Source: Dehalococcoidia bacterium (GTDB lineage Bacteria; Chloroflexota; Dehalococcoidia; UBA2979). Taken from it: DNA of 64,000 bases. Under the pieces are notes generated by a model, which was not told the origin of the DNA, did no database searches, and saw only the letters and a program-made list of their open reading frames with translations. Of this stretch, positions 51,329-61,228 are shown one piece after another (position 1 is the stretch's first letter; each line of letters opens with the position of its first letter). The stretch is from contig OZ219872.1 of NCBI GenBank assembly GCA_964291495.2, positions 832,001 to 896,000 of the forward strand, read 5' to 3'. A program made the position numbers and the translations under genes.

Positions 51329-52650
51329 TGACAGCCGCGCCGCACGGCGCCAGCCTCCGGCCACTCCGCTTCGTCGCCACGGGCTCGGTCGATAGCGGCA
51401 AGAGCACGATCATCGGGCGGCTCCTGCACGACTCGAAGAGCATCTTCGAGGACCAGCTCGCGGCGGTGGAACGCAGCAGCCGCGAGGCCGGCCTCGACCA
51501 TGTGAACCTCGCACTGCTCACGGACGGGCTGCGAGCGGAGCGCGAGCAGGGCATCACCATCGATGTCGCCTACCGCTACTTCGCAACGCCGCGGCGCAAA
51601 TTCATCATCGCGGACTGCCCGGGCCACACCCAGTACACCCGCAACATGGTCACCGGCGCCTCAACCGCCAGCCTCGCGCTGATCCTCACCGACGTCCTCG
51701 AAGGCGTCGTCGAGCAGACACGGCGGCACGCCGTCCTGGCCTCGCTGCTGGGTATCCGCGAGCTGGTGCTGTGCGTGAACAAGATGGACCTCGCCGGCTA
51801 CCGCCAGGACCGCTTCGAGGAGATCCGCCAGGAGTTCGAGGCGTTCGCGGTGGGACTGGACGCGCAGGAGCTGGGCGCGCTGGGCCCGGGGACGATCCGC
51901 GTGACGGCGATCCCGGTCTCCGCCCTCAGCGGCGACCACGTCGTCGATCCCTCGGAACGGATGCCGTGGTGCGACACGCCGCCGCTGCTGCGCTTCCTCG
52001 AGGATGTCGAGACCGAGGCGGCGGACGGCGGCGGCTCCGAACCTCGCCGCTTCCCCGTTCAGAACGTGATCCGCGCGGCCGCTGGCGGCGAGCCCCTGTA
52101 CGCCGGGTCCGTCGCGGGCGGCGTGTTCCGCCCCGGCGATGAGGTCGTCGCCCTGCCCTCGGGCCGCACTACGCGCATCGAGTCCGTCGAGACGGCCACG
52201 GGCCCGATCGAGGAGGCCTCGGTCCCGCGGGCCGTCACGCTGCGACTACGCGACAGCCTCGAGATCGCCCGTGGCGACATGATCGCGGATGTGGAGCGCC
52301 CCCCTACCGTCTCCCGGCAGTTCGACGCCACGATCTGCTGGCTGAGCGACCATGGCGAACTGGCCGTGGGCCGCAGCTACTGGCTGAAGCACACCACCAA
52401 CCGCGTGCGCGCCCGCGTCGCAGCGCTCTACCACCACATCGACATCAACACCCTCACGCCCGACTCGGACACGACCGCCCTCACGTTCAACCAGATCGGC
52501 CTTGTTGGCCTCGAGGCCGACGAGCCGCTCTTCCTCGACCACTACGCAGAGAACCGCGGCACCGGCGCCTTCATCCTGATCGACGAGGCCAGCAACGACA
52601 CCGTAGCCGCAGGCATGGTGGAGACGCGGCTCGCCGAGGACGCCGCGTGA
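51328..52650 (+). CDS. cysN: Sulfate adenylyltransferase subunit 1
   Basis: [59 protein letters not shown]. Confidence 0.95.
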   Translation: MTAAPHGASLRPLRFVATGSVDSGKSTIIGRLLHDSKSIFEDQLAAVERSSREAGLDHVNLALLTDGLRAEREQGITIDVAYRYFATPRRKFIIADCPGHTQYTRNMVTGASTASLALILTDVLEGVVEQTRRHAVLASLLGIRELVLCVNKMDLAGYRQDRFEEIRQEFEAFAVGLDAQELGALGPGTIRVTAIPVSALSGDHVVDPSERMPWCDTPPLLRFLEDVETEAADGGGSEPRRFPVQNVIRAAAGGEPLYAGSVAGGVFRPGDEVVALPSGRTTRIESVETATGPIEEASVPRAVTLRLRDSLEIARGDMIADVERPPTVSRQFDATICWLSDHGELAVGRSYWLKHTTNRVRARVAALYHHIDINTLTPDSDTTALTFNQIGLVGLEADEPLFLDHYAENRGTGAFILIDEASNDTVAAGMVETRLAEDAA

Positions 52651-53216
52651 GCCGCGGCTTTGTCGTCTGGCTGACCGGACTCTCCGGCGCAGGCAAGTCC
52701 ACCCTCGCGGGACTGCTCGAAACCGAGCTGCGCGCGCGTGGGCTGCGAGTCGAGACGCTCGACGGCGACGAGGTGCGTGAGAACCTCTCGAAGGGCCTCG
52801 GCTTCTCAAAGGAAGACCGCGACACCAACGTACGGCGCATCGGCTATGTCGCACGGCTGCTCGCGCGCAACGGCGTCGCCGTGATCGCCGCCGTGATCTC
52901 GCCGTACGCCGCAGTGCGAGACGAAGTACGGGCCGCCGTCGAGCAAGCGGAGGGCCACCCGCGCTTCATCGAGGTGCATGTCGATTGCACGATCGAGGAG
53001 CTGACCCGCCGAGACACCAAGGGCCTGTATGCAAAGGCGCACCGCGGCGAGATCGCCAACTTCAGCGGCGTCTCCGATCCCTACGAGGCCCCCTCCGCCC
53101 CGGAGTTGCGCGTCGACACGGAGGCGCAGAGCGCCGGGGCATCGCTCGACACGGTCCTCGGGCTGCTCGATCGTGAGGGACTGATCGACGGATCGGGCGT
53201 GACGCGCGCAAACTGA
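52647..53216 (+). CDS. cysC: Adenylyl-sulfate kinase
   Basis: [45 protein letters not shown]. Confidence 0.96.
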   Translation: MSRGFVVWLTGLSGAGKSTLAGLLETELRARGLRVETLDGDEVRENLSKGLGFSKEDRDTNVRRIGYVARLLARNGVAVIAAVISPYAAVRDEVRAAVEQAEGHPRFIEVHVDCTIEELTRRDTKGLYAKAHRGEIANFSGVSDPYEAPSAPELRVDTEAQSAGASLDTVLGLLDREGLIDGSGVTRAN

Positions 53217-53220
53217 CGGC

Positions 53221-54210
53221 ATGACCGCGCCGCTGCTCCTCGGAACCGCGTCCTGGACCGACAAGCCGCTGATCGACAGTGGGCGCTTCTACCCGCCGCA
53301 AGCGAAGAACGCCGAGGCGCGGCTGCGCCACTACACGACGCGCTACCCCCTGGTCGAGATCGACGCGCCCTACTACGGCCTCCCGACGCCGGAGCAGGCC
53401 GCGCGCTGGATCGAGCGCACGCCCGAGGGGTTCACCTTCGACGTCAAGGCCTACTCGCTGTTCACCGAGCACCCCACGCCAGTGGCACGGCTGCCGAAGG
53501 CGATCCGCGCCGTGCTCCCTCCCGACCTCGAGGCGAAGGGCCGCTTCTACCGCCGCGACACGCCGGACGAGATCCTCGATCTCTGCTGGTCCAGCTACAC
53601 GGACGCGCTGCTGCCGCTGCACGACGCCGGGCGCCTCGGCGCGGTCGTGCTGCAGTTCCCGAAGTGGTTCGTGCCCGGCCCGCGCGCCTTCGCGACGCTC
53701 GAGGAGACCCGCGACCGCCTCGGACCGTTTCGGGGCGCGGTCGAGTTCCGACAGCGGCGCTGGCTGGAGCCGGAGCAGCGCGAGGAGACACTTGCGCTGC
53801 TCGGCGACCTCGATCTCTCGCTGATCTGCGTCGACGCGCCGCAGGGGTTCGACTCCTCGCTGCCTCCGTTCGCGGCTGCGACGAACGCCCTGGCGTTCGT
53901 ACGCTTCCACGGCCGCAACACGGAGACCTGGGAGCGCCGCACGCGCACCTCCAGCGAGCGCTTCGACTACTGGTACGACGCTGCGGAGTTGGACGAGTGG
54001 GTCCCGCGCATCGAGGCGCTCGCGAGGGAGGCCGAGGCGGTGCACCTGATCGTCAACACCAACAACCACGACCAGGGCCCCGTCAACGCGGACCTGCTGC
54101 AACGGCGTCTCGAGGAGCACGGCCTCGCCGTCGAGCCGGCCTTCGAGGCTGTCGAGGCGCCCCCGGTCGGGACTCGTGAGATGGCGGAGCAGCAGGGCTC
54201 GCTGCTTTAG
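53221..54210 (+). CDS. DUF72 family protein
   Basis: LLGTASW, LVEID, FTFDVKA, VLQFP, VEFR, FVRFHGRN. Confidence 0.9.
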   Translation: MTAPLLLGTASWTDKPLIDSGRFYPPQAKNAEARLRHYTTRYPLVEIDAPYYGLPTPEQAARWIERTPEGFTFDVKAYSLFTEHPTPVARLPKAIRAVLPPDLEAKGRFYRRDTPDEILDLCWSSYTDALLPLHDAGRLGAVVLQFPKWFVPGPRAFATLEETRDRLGPFRGAVEFRQRRWLEPEQREETLALLGDLDLSLICVDAPQGFDSSLPPFAAATNALAFVRFHGRNTETWERRTRTSSERFDYWYDAAELDEWVPRIEALAREAEAVHLIVNTNNHDQGPVNADLLQRRLEEHGLAVEPAFEAVEAPPVGTREMAEQQGSLL

Positions 54211-54265
54211 GCAGAGCAGCGCCGGTTTAGGTTGAGGTGACATACTCTCGGGCAGGATTGCCGCC

Positions 54266-55339
54266 ATGAACCGGTCACCGGGCAGATCGCACAGCCGCCG
54301 CCGCTTCCTCCAACTCGCCGCGTCGGGCGGCCTCGGCGGGCTGTTGCTCGCCTGCGGCGCGGGCGACGACACGGCCGAGCAGGCCGCCGTGCCGCCGACG
54401 CCAAGCCCGACGCCCACTCCGCCTCCGCCGACCCCAGTCGCGACAGCGGCGCCCACGCCCACCGCCACGCCGACGCCCACGCCCTCCCCCGTCCCCACGG
54501 CTACTCCGACGCCCACGCCGACCGCGACCCCCACACCCGTCCCGACGCCGGAGCCAACTCCGGAGCCCACACCCTGGCCTGCCGGACGCGAGGAGATCGC
54601 GCTCATGGAAGGCACGGAGTGGGAGAACCCGCTGGTCGCGCACCACAGCGGCGCGGAGGGGCCGTCCGTGCTCGTCCTCGGCGGGGTGCACGGCAACGAG
54701 CCGGGGAGCTGGCTTGCGACCGAGGAGATCGTGGAGTGGCAGCCCGTGCGCGGCAGCCTGATCGTCATTCCTCGCGCCAATATCGTCGCGACGCGCGTCG
54801 GCGAGCGGACACTGCCCGAACTGGGCGACCTCAACCGGCTCTACCCCGGCTCACCCGACGCCGAGCTGCCGATGTCGCGGATGGCCGCGCAGATCGTCGA
54901 GGTCGCACGCCGCTACCGAGTCTCACTCGTCCTCGATCTGCACGAGTCGTGGGGGTTCTACGCCGAGCGCGGGTCGAACAGCGGCACGGCGTTCATCGGC
55001 CAGACGATCACGGGCGGGCCCGGGGCGGACAGCGATGCCGCCATGCGGATCGCCGAGGACTTCAACGCGCGGGTGGAGATCGAACGCGATCAGCTGATCG
55101 CGCGAGACCGGAGGAGCTGGGGGTTCGGCTCGTCGCAGCGTAGCCCGTCGTTCGACGACACGAGCAGCTGGGGCTGGCAGCCGGGGCGCGGCGGCAGCTC
55201 GCTCTCACTCGGCAACTACGTGGAGGGCCTGACCCCGATCCTCGTGGAGATGGGGCAGCAGCGCCAGGCGCTCGAGCGCCGCGCCGAGCTGCACCAGCTG
55301 GTGACGCGCATCGCCCTCACGCAGCGCGGGATGCTGTAG
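54266..55339 (+). CDS. Tat-exported lipoprotein, M14-type (AstE/AspA-like) zinc carboxypeptidase domain after a PT-rich linker
   Basis: SRRRFLQ Tat motif, LLAC lipobox, GGVHGNE, DLNRLYPG, LDLHES. Confidence 0.82.
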   Translation: MNRSPGRSHSRRRFLQLAASGGLGGLLLACGAGDDTAEQAAVPPTPSPTPTPPPPTPVATAAPTPTATPTPTPSPVPTATPTPTPTATPTPVPTPEPTPEPTPWPAGREEIALMEGTEWENPLVAHHSGAEGPSVLVLGGVHGNEPGSWLATEEIVEWQPVRGSLIVIPRANIVATRVGERTLPELGDLNRLYPGSPDAELPMSRMAAQIVEVARRYRVSLVLDLHESWGFYAERGSNSGTAFIGQTITGGPGADSDAAMRIAEDFNARVEIERDQLIARDRRSWGFGSSQRSPSFDDTSSWGWQPGRGGSSLSLGNYVEGLTPILVEMGQQRQALERRAELHQLVTRIALTQRGML

Positions 55340-55354
55340 GCGGCCTCGCGGAGG

Positions 55355-56668
55355 TCAGCAAACGACGCGCCGCACGATCTCGTACATCAGCTCGCAGCCG
55401 CCATTGAGGTTGTCGACCGTCAGGAACTCGTTGTGCGCGTGGAAGCCGGCGCGCTCCCCGGCGCTGAACATGCACGGAATGAAGCCGTAGGACGGCATCC
55501 CGATCTCGCGCAGGAAGCGGTTGTCGGTCGCGAACGAGGCCACCGAGGGTGCGACCACGGCGCCCTCGAACGCCTCCTCGACCACCTCGCGGATCGCCGT
55601 GAACAGCTCCGTGTCGAAGTCCGAGGACGCCGTTGAGGTGAAGTCGTCGAGCTCCGGCCGCACCGAGACGAGCGGGTCGTCGATGCGCTCGCGTACCTGC
55701 GCAATCCAGTCCTCGATGGTCTGCCCGGGCAGCAGGCGGCAGTCGATCACCGCCTCGCTGCGCGGGGGAATGACGTTCGCCTTGAAGCCGCTATCGATGA
55801 CGGTGACGTTGAGCGTGTTGATGAACATCGCCAGCGCGGCGGGGTCGCTGCGCAGCGCCTGCTCGAACGCCTCGGCGTCCTCGGGGGGCGGGAGCAGCCC
55901 GGCGCGCGAGAGCTGGTCGACGAGGCGCGCCGTCCCCGGCTCGAATTGCAGGTCGCGGTCCCAGTCGGCGAGCCGCAGCAGCGCGCGGATCAGGCGCAGC
56001 GCCGAGTTGTCCTCGGACGGCAGGCTACCGTGCCCCGTTACGCCCTCGACGCGCAGCCGCAGCCAGCCGACCGACTTCTCGTTGACGCTGGCGAGGAAGA
56101 TGCGCCGGTCCTCGCGCCCCGCGAAGTCGGTCAGGCCGCCGCCACCCTCGTTGAGTGCGAACTCGGCATCGAACAGGTCGCGGCGGTGCTCGATGAGCCA
56201 GCGCACGCCGTACACGCTGCCGACCTCCTCGTCGGGCGTCGCGAGGAAGACGATGTCGCGGCGCAGCGGTTCGCGGCGGCGCTGGAGCAGCAGCACGGCC
56301 ATGAGCTGCATCACGCCCGCGCCCTTCATGTCCATCGCGCCGCGGCCGTAGATGCGGCCCTCGCGCACGACGCCTCCGAAGGGGGGAACGTCCCAGAACT
56401 CCTCCTCGACCGGCACCACGTCGAGATGGTTGCCGAGCAGCAGCGGGCGGCGGCTGCCGTCCCCGCGCAGCCGCGCGACCAGCGCCTCGCGGCCGGGGGC
56501 GGTCTCGATGTATTCGCAGGGGACGCCCTCCGCCTCCAGCAGCGAGCCGAGGAAGCGCGCGGCCGGGGCCTCGTTCCCCGGCGGGTTCGAGGTGTCGATG
56601 CGCAGGTAGCGCCGGAGGATGTCGAGCGCCTCGGCATGGACGGCGGGCCAGTCGATCGCTTCGGCCAT
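55355..56668 (-). CDS. M20/M25/M40 family metallo-hydrolase
   Basis: IDTSNPPGNE, HLDVVP, GRGAMDMKG, DEE, HAHNE. Confidence 0.92.
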   Translation of the reverse strand: MAEAIDWPAVHAEALDILRRYLRIDTSNPPGNEAPAARFLGSLLEAEGVPCEYIETAPGREALVARLRGDGSRRPLLLGNHLDVVPVEEEFWDVPPFGGVVREGRIYGRGAMDMKGAGVMQLMAVLLLQRRREPLRRDIVFLATPDEEVGSVYGVRWLIEHRRDLFDAEFALNEGGGGLTDFAGREDRRIFLASVNEKSVGWLRLRVEGVTGHGSLPSEDNSALRLIRALLRLADWDRDLQFEPGTARLVDQLSRAGLLPPPEDAEAFEQALRSDPAALAMFINTLNVTVIDSGFKANVIPPRSEAVIDCRLLPGQTIEDWIAQVRERIDDPLVSVRPELDDFTSTASSDFDTELFTAIREVVEEAFEGAVVAPSVASFATDNRFLREIGMPSYGFIPCMFSAGERAGFHAHNEFLTVDNLNGGCELMYEIVRRVVC

Positions 56669-56701
56669 CGCGTCCGCCCTCTGTAGTGCTCCGGCGCGTC
56701 G

Positions 56702-57547
56702 CTAGAAGATGAGGTTCGTGAGCCGCTGGCGGTAGCGGCGCGTCAACTCGGCGCCGTCGCCCAGCAGCGTGAAGGCGTCCAGCATGCGCAGCCGCCCGCC
56801 GTCGTCGGCGACCCCGCGGTCGAGTCGCACGGTCGCCAGCAGGTGCTCGAGGGCGTCCTGCCACTCACCCGCCGCCGCCAGCAGGCAGCCGAGCCGGTAG
56901 TGCGCCTCGGCGTCGTCCGGGTTCGCCTCCAGCCTCGCCTCGAGGGCCTCGCGCGGCTGGTCCCCGGCTTCGTCGCGAAACGCGAGCCGCGCGAGGACGC
57001 GCGCGGCGGCGGGGTCGCCGGGAAAGCGTGCGGCCAACTCGCGGGCGCGGGCGACCTCGCCCTCATCGAGCAGGATCGCGGCGAGCGCCGCCGAGGCGCC
57101 GCGATGGTCGGGATCCTGCTCCAGCGCGTGCTCCAGGTGCAGCCGCGCGGCGCCCGGCTGGTCCATGCGCAGCGCGTGCTCGGCGGCGGCGACGGCCTGG
57201 TCGGCGGCGCTTGGCACGAGCGAGTCGAAGAACCCTCGGACCTGCGGCTCGGGGAGCGCGCCGACGAACTCGCTCACGACCTCGCCGTTGTGGAAGGCCT
57301 TGACCGCGGGGATGCCCTGCACCTGGTAGCTGGAGGCCACGCCGGGGTTCTCGTCGACGTTGATCTTGACGAGCTGCACCTCGCCAGCGCGTTCGTAGGC
57401 GATCGTCTCGAGGGTGGGGCCGAGCACGCGGCAGGGACCGCACCAGGGCGCCCAGAAGTCGACCACCACCGGCAGCTGATGTGAGCGCTCGATTACGTCC
57501 GTCGCGAACGTCGCGTCGCTCGCCTCCAGCACCGCCCCCGCCGTCAT
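56702..57547 (-). CDS. Thioredoxin-TPR chaperedoxin (YbbN/CnoX-like)
   Basis: VDFWAPWCGPC thioredoxin domain, TPR region, C-terminal YRQRLTNLIF. Confidence 0.88.
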   Translation of the reverse strand: MTAGAVLEASDATFATDVIERSHQLPVVVDFWAPWCGPCRVLGPTLETIAYERAGEVQLVKINVDENPGVASSYQVQGIPAVKAFHNGEVVSEFVGALPEPQVRGFFDSLVPSAADQAVAAAEHALRMDQPGAARLHLEHALEQDPDHRGASAALAAILLDEGEVARARELAARFPGDPAAARVLARLAFRDEAGDQPREALEARLEANPDDAEAHYRLGCLLAAAGEWQDALEHLLATVRLDRGVADDGGRLRMLDAFTLLGDGAELTRRYRQRLTNLIF

Positions 57548-57694
57548 CGCCCTCGCCCCCTCCGCCGCGCGTCCCGTGCGCCAAGCCTACCGCGAGGGCG
57601 CGCGCCGGGCACGCCGTGAGCGCAAGCGGGCGCTCCGCTAGGATGCGCCCGAACGTGGACACTGCGTGACACTGAGCGGGAGACGGGGGCCAGG

Positions 57695-58546
57695 ATGCGC
57701 TTCGGAGTGACGGTCGACTTCAACGAGCAGCCGGTGACCTCGCCGGAGTTCCTCGCCGGGTTCGCCCAGGCCGCCGAGGACTGCGGCTTCGACACCCTCT
57801 GGACCAGCGACCACGTCGTGATCCCGCAGGACCACAGCTCGGACTACCCCTACGCCGAGCGCATGCCCTACGAGGAGGCGCCGATCCCCGACCCGATCGT
57901 GACGCTCACCTTCGTCGCCGCGAAGACGAAGACCATCCGCCTCGGCACCTCGGTGCTGGTGCTGCCGCAGCGCAACCCGGTCGTGCTCGCCAAGCAACTC
58001 GCCTCGCTCGACGTCTACTCCGAGGGCCGCGTCGACCTCGGCATCGGCGTGGGCTGGCTGCGCGAGGAGTTCGAGGCGATCGGCGTGCCCTGGGAGCGCC
58101 GCGGCAAGCGCACGGACGAGTGCATCGAGGCAATGCGCGCGCTCTGGACGCAGTCGGTCGCGAGCTACGAGGGCGAGCTGGTGCGCTTCTCCAACGTCGT
58201 CTGCGACCCCAAGCCCGTCCAGCCGGGTGGGGTGCCGTTCATCATCGGTGGGCACTCGATGGCCGCGGCGCGGCGCGCCGGGAAGTATGGCAGCGGCTTC
58301 TTCCCGCACGTCTTCGGCCGCGCCTGGCACGAGCTGATCGCGGAGGCGCGACGGACCGCCGAGGCGCACGGCCGCGACCCCGACGAGGTCGAGATCAGCG
58401 CCGGCGTGCCGCCGGAGCTGGAGCTGGCGCAGCGCCTCGGGGAGCTCGGCGTCTCGCGCCTGAACATCCTGATCACGGACCCGGACGTGCCGTCCGCGCG
58501 GCGAACGCTGGAGCGCATCTCCCGCGACCTGATCGCGCGCATGTAG
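57695..58546 (+). CDS. LLM class (putative F420-dependent) oxidoreductase
   Basis: GFDTLWTSDHVV, IRLGTSVLVLPQRNPVVLAKQLASLD, GVGWLREEF. Confidence 0.92.
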   Translation: MRFGVTVDFNEQPVTSPEFLAGFAQAAEDCGFDTLWTSDHVVIPQDHSSDYPYAERMPYEEAPIPDPIVTLTFVAAKTKTIRLGTSVLVLPQRNPVVLAKQLASLDVYSEGRVDLGIGVGWLREEFEAIGVPWERRGKRTDECIEAMRALWTQSVASYEGELVRFSNVVCDPKPVQPGGVPFIIGGHSMAAARRAGKYGSGFFPHVFGRAWHELIAEARRTAEAHGRDPDEVEISAGVPPELELAQRLGELGVSRLNILITDPDVPSARRTLERISRDLIARM

Positions 58547-58621
58547 CCGCTCGCCCGCCTCGCCCGTACGGGCCTGTCGTAGTGCCATACGGTGCTGACG
58601 CGTTCGTGCTAGGATAGCGCC

Positions 58622-58906
58622 ATGGCAGTGGCATTCGACACGCTGAAGGCAGCCACCCAGCTCCAGGAAGCAGGCTTCCGGGAGACGCAGGCGCACGCCC
58701 TCGTCACCATCCTTGCCGAGGTAGCGAACGAAACTCCGGGGGAAAGACCGAGTTCGACAAGCTCGAGCCCTCGCTGGGGACGCGCAGAGTGCGCCGCTCT
58801 GTGCGCCGAGATGCGAGTCATGAAGCGAGACATCATCATCCCGCTCGGGAGGCTCTACATCGTCATGACCGGGCTCATCGTCGCCGCCACCAGCGTGTTC
58901 GGCTAG
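58622..58906 (+). pseudogene. DUF1640/CCDC90-like small protein, apparently degenerate
   Basis: FDTLKAATQLQEAGF..QAHAL N-terminus and hydrophobic C-terminus; the expected K-T-E-F-D-K-L-E coil segment is in another frame. Confidence 0.6.
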
Positions 58907-58934
58907 CAGGCCGCGCCAACCCCACACGTCGCGC

Positions 58935-58972
58935 TCGCACCGCCCCCCGCCGACGGCGGGCTAGCCGTGCTG
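58935..58972 (-). other. Putative SECIS element for the TGA at 58973-58975
   Basis: mRNA after UGA: 12 nt, then CCCGCC-GUC-GGCGGG stem-loop; lower stem GCACGGCU pairs with GGCGGUGC. Confidence 0.6.
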
Positions 58973-59269
58973 TCAGGTCGGCTGATGGCGGTGGTCGGCG
59001 GAAACCGTGAAGCGGCGCCAGAAGAACAGGAAGCGCTCCGCATCGACCCTCACCGCGCTCGCCCACTGCAGCAGCGCGGGCGCGACGTGGACCGTCAGGT
59101 CGCGGTGCCGGACGGTTTCGTAGCGGGTGAGGTTCTTGCCCTTGAGGTAGGTGTCGACCGGCACATCGAGGACGCCTCGTCAGCCGAGCGGGCGAATGAA
59201 ATCGAGCGCCAGCTCGCCGCCCCGGCGCCGCGCCAGCTCGGCCGCCTCAGCCGTGATCTCGATCTCCAT
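58961..59269 (-). CDS. Candidate HesB/IscA-like selenoprotein (102 aa) with two in-frame TGA codons (U30, U99)
   Basis: ATG 59269 with GAGGG upstream reads MEIEITAEAAELARRRGGELALDFIRPLG-TGA-RGVLD, in frame with ORF 58973..59164, ending HRHQPT-TGA-QHG-TAG; SECIS-like hairpins follow both TGAs. Confidence 0.75.
59144..59179 (-). other. Putative SECIS element for the TGA at 59180-59182
   Basis: mRNA after UGA: GAGG...GUGCC-GGUC-GACAC...CCUC, with a GGUC loop at +21 to +24. Confidence 0.5.
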
Positions 59270-59292
59270 GCGGCCCTCGGGGGTCCGTCGCG

Positions 59293-60192
59293 TCAGCCCG
59301 ACTTGGCCTCGGCAAGGTAGTCCTCGCCGAAGCGGCGCATCAGGTCCGGCGCGTCGAGCAGCTCCCTCGGGTGCAGACCGACGATCGCGTGATCGACGCC
59401 CGCCTCGCGGGCCCGCCCCAGCCGCTCCCGCACCTGCTCCAGCCGATCGCTCGCGAGGAGCGCAATGCCGGTCATCGCGATCACGAGCGCGTCGGGGTCG
59501 CGCCCGGCGCGCTCGGCCGCCTCGCGGGCGGGTTGCATCGCCTCCCCGGCGTTGTCGAGGTAGTTGCCGTGCGTGAGCCAGCCGTCTGCCATTTCGCCGA
59601 TGCGGCGCATCTGCTGCGGGCTGTCGCCGCCGATCCAGATCGGCACGTGACGCGGCGGGTGCGGCCGCGAGGTCCAGCCGTCGACCTCGTAGGTGTCGCC
59701 CTCGAAGCCGTCGACCCAGTCCTCGGTCCAGAGCTTTCGCGTCAGCTCCAGGCTCTCCTCGAAGCGCGCGCCGCGGCGGTCCGAGGGCATGCCGAGCACC
59801 TCGAACTCCTCCTTCGCCCAGCCCATGCCCGCGCCGAGGATGAAGCGCCCGCCGGCGAGGTGGTCGAGCGTGGCCATGATCTTCGCGTGCAGCACCGCCT
59901 GCCGCATGTTCAGCACCAGCACCGCCACGCCGAGCTGCACGCGGCTCGTCGCGCCCGCGACGAACGCCAGCTCGGTCAGCGGCTCCAGCAGCGAGGCGTC
60001 GATGTGCACCCGGCCCGGCAGGTTGCCGTCCGCGCTGTACGGGTAGCGCGAGCGGTACTCGCGAGGGAAGACGACGTGGTCGTTGGTCCAGAGCGAGTCG
60101 AAGCCGGCCTCCTCGGCGGCGCGGGCGTGGCGCAGCACCACCTCGCGGGTGGCGCGATCGCCGGCCTGGGGGAGCAGGATGCCTACGTCCAC
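59293..60192 (-). CDS. LLM class (putative F420-dependent) oxidoreductase
   Basis: AEEAGFDSLWTNDHVV, VQLGVAVLVL, LDHLAGGRFILGAGMGW..EF. Confidence 0.92.
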   Translation of the reverse strand: MDVGILLPQAGDRATREVVLRHARAAEEAGFDSLWTNDHVVFPREYRSRYPYSADGNLPGRVHIDASLLEPLTELAFVAGATSRVQLGVAVLVLNMRQAVLHAKIMATLDHLAGGRFILGAGMGWAKEEFEVLGMPSDRRGARFEESLELTRKLWTEDWVDGFEGDTYEVDGWTSRPHPPRHVPIWIGGDSPQQMRRIGEMADGWLTHGNYLDNAGEAMQPAREAAERAGRDPDALVIAMTGIALLASDRLEQVRERLGRAREAGVDHAIVGLHPRELLDAPDLMRRFGEDYLAEAKSG

Positions 60193-60236
60193 GCGCTCAG
60201 CCTCCGTTCAGGCGCCGCCGCGCGGCGCGAGCGACG

Positions 60237-61181
60237 CTAGCGAAGCAGCGCCGAGCCCGGTGGCACATGGTGTTCGATCTCGCCCTGATGGTCGAGCAGG
60301 ATCACCCGGGAGCGGAAGCGCCAGACGCCGTCGACGCGCTCGAACGCGTCGTGGTAGCGGCCGGCCGCGATGATCTGAATCGGCAGCTCGCGGGTCGCCA
60401 GCGTGACGGTGAAGTAGGAGCGCGCCGTCGCCGTCCCGGCGTCCTCGTCCGGCTCGATCAGCACGTTGGTCGTGACGTGCTTCGTGCGCGGGCTGCCGTC
60501 GTGCAGGCGGAAGCTGCTGCGCAACGCCTCGGCCAGCTCCGGTCCGCCCAGCGGCGTCCCCTCCACCCCGTGCTGCCGCCCGCCGTGCGCGAAGACCTCA
60601 CCGGCCCCCTCGAAGTCGCCGAGGTCGATCCGCTCCGCGTAGGTGAAGATCAGCGTCTCGACCGCTGCGTGGACCTCCTCGGGGACGGGCATCGGCGGCA
60701 CGTCCTCGAGCGGCGGCCCCAACACCTCGATGTCGTACGGCAGCTCGCCGATCTCGTAGCCCCGGATGTGCTGCGTGAGGTCGCCGCGCGTATCGAGCAT
60801 CGTGAGGCGGTCCGTGAACCACCACCCGCCGTCGATGCGCTCGAACTGGTCGTAGTAGCGGCCGCTGCCAAGCAGTCGCAAGCGCATGGTCGGCGTCGCC
60901 TGGAAGAGCGTGAAGTAGGAGCGTGCGCGGGCCGTACCGGCCTCCTCGTCGACGTCGATCATGATGTTGGTCGTCATGTGGCGCGTGCCCGGCGAGCCGT
61001 CGTGCAGGAGGAGCCGCCGCTTGCGATTCTCGGCCATCTGCGCGCCGGCGTGCGCGGCCCCGAGGCTCGAGCGGAACGGCCCATGCGTGAAGATCTCGCC
61101 GACCGCGTCGTGGTCGCCGAGATCGGTGAAGCGCGCGTAGCGCAGCATCACGTCGCGGATCTCGTCGCGGCTGTCCGTCAT
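60237..61181 (-). CDS. Tandem double SnoaL-like/NTF2 domain protein
   Basis: Two internal repeats of YA..D.GD..F..G / DGSP.T.H.TTN / TA.ARSYFT / GRY.D.FER.DG.W.F. Confidence 0.85.
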   Translation of the reverse strand: MTDSRDEIRDVMLRYARFTDLGDHDAVGEIFTHGPFRSSLGAAHAGAQMAENRKRRLLLHDGSPGTRHMTTNIMIDVDEEAGTARARSYFTLFQATPTMRLRLLGSGRYYDQFERIDGGWWFTDRLTMLDTRGDLTQHIRGYEIGELPYDIEVLGPPLEDVPPMPVPEEVHAAVETLIFTYAERIDLGDFEGAGEVFAHGGRQHGVEGTPLGGPELAEALRSSFRLHDGSPRTKHVTTNVLIEPDEDAGTATARSYFTVTLATRELPIQIIAAGRYHDAFERVDGVWRFRSRVILLDHQGEIEHHVPPGSALLR

Positions 61182-61228
61182 CGGTCCTCACACCCCGGCG
61201 GGACCGTATGAGCGCGCCGCGAGACGCG

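Noticed and set aside
48380-51364. 994-aa minus-strand ORF and many similar long overlapping ORFs (e.g. 4560..6947, 31509..33455, 40786..42768)
   Set aside because: Antisense or shifted-frame shadows of well-supported genes; expected in very high-GC DNA and lacking motifs
58973-59164. 63-aa stand-alone ORF starting at GTG 59164
   Set aside because: Better explained as the middle part of the TGA-readthrough gene 58961..59269, although a GAGG upstream means independent initiation cannot be excluded
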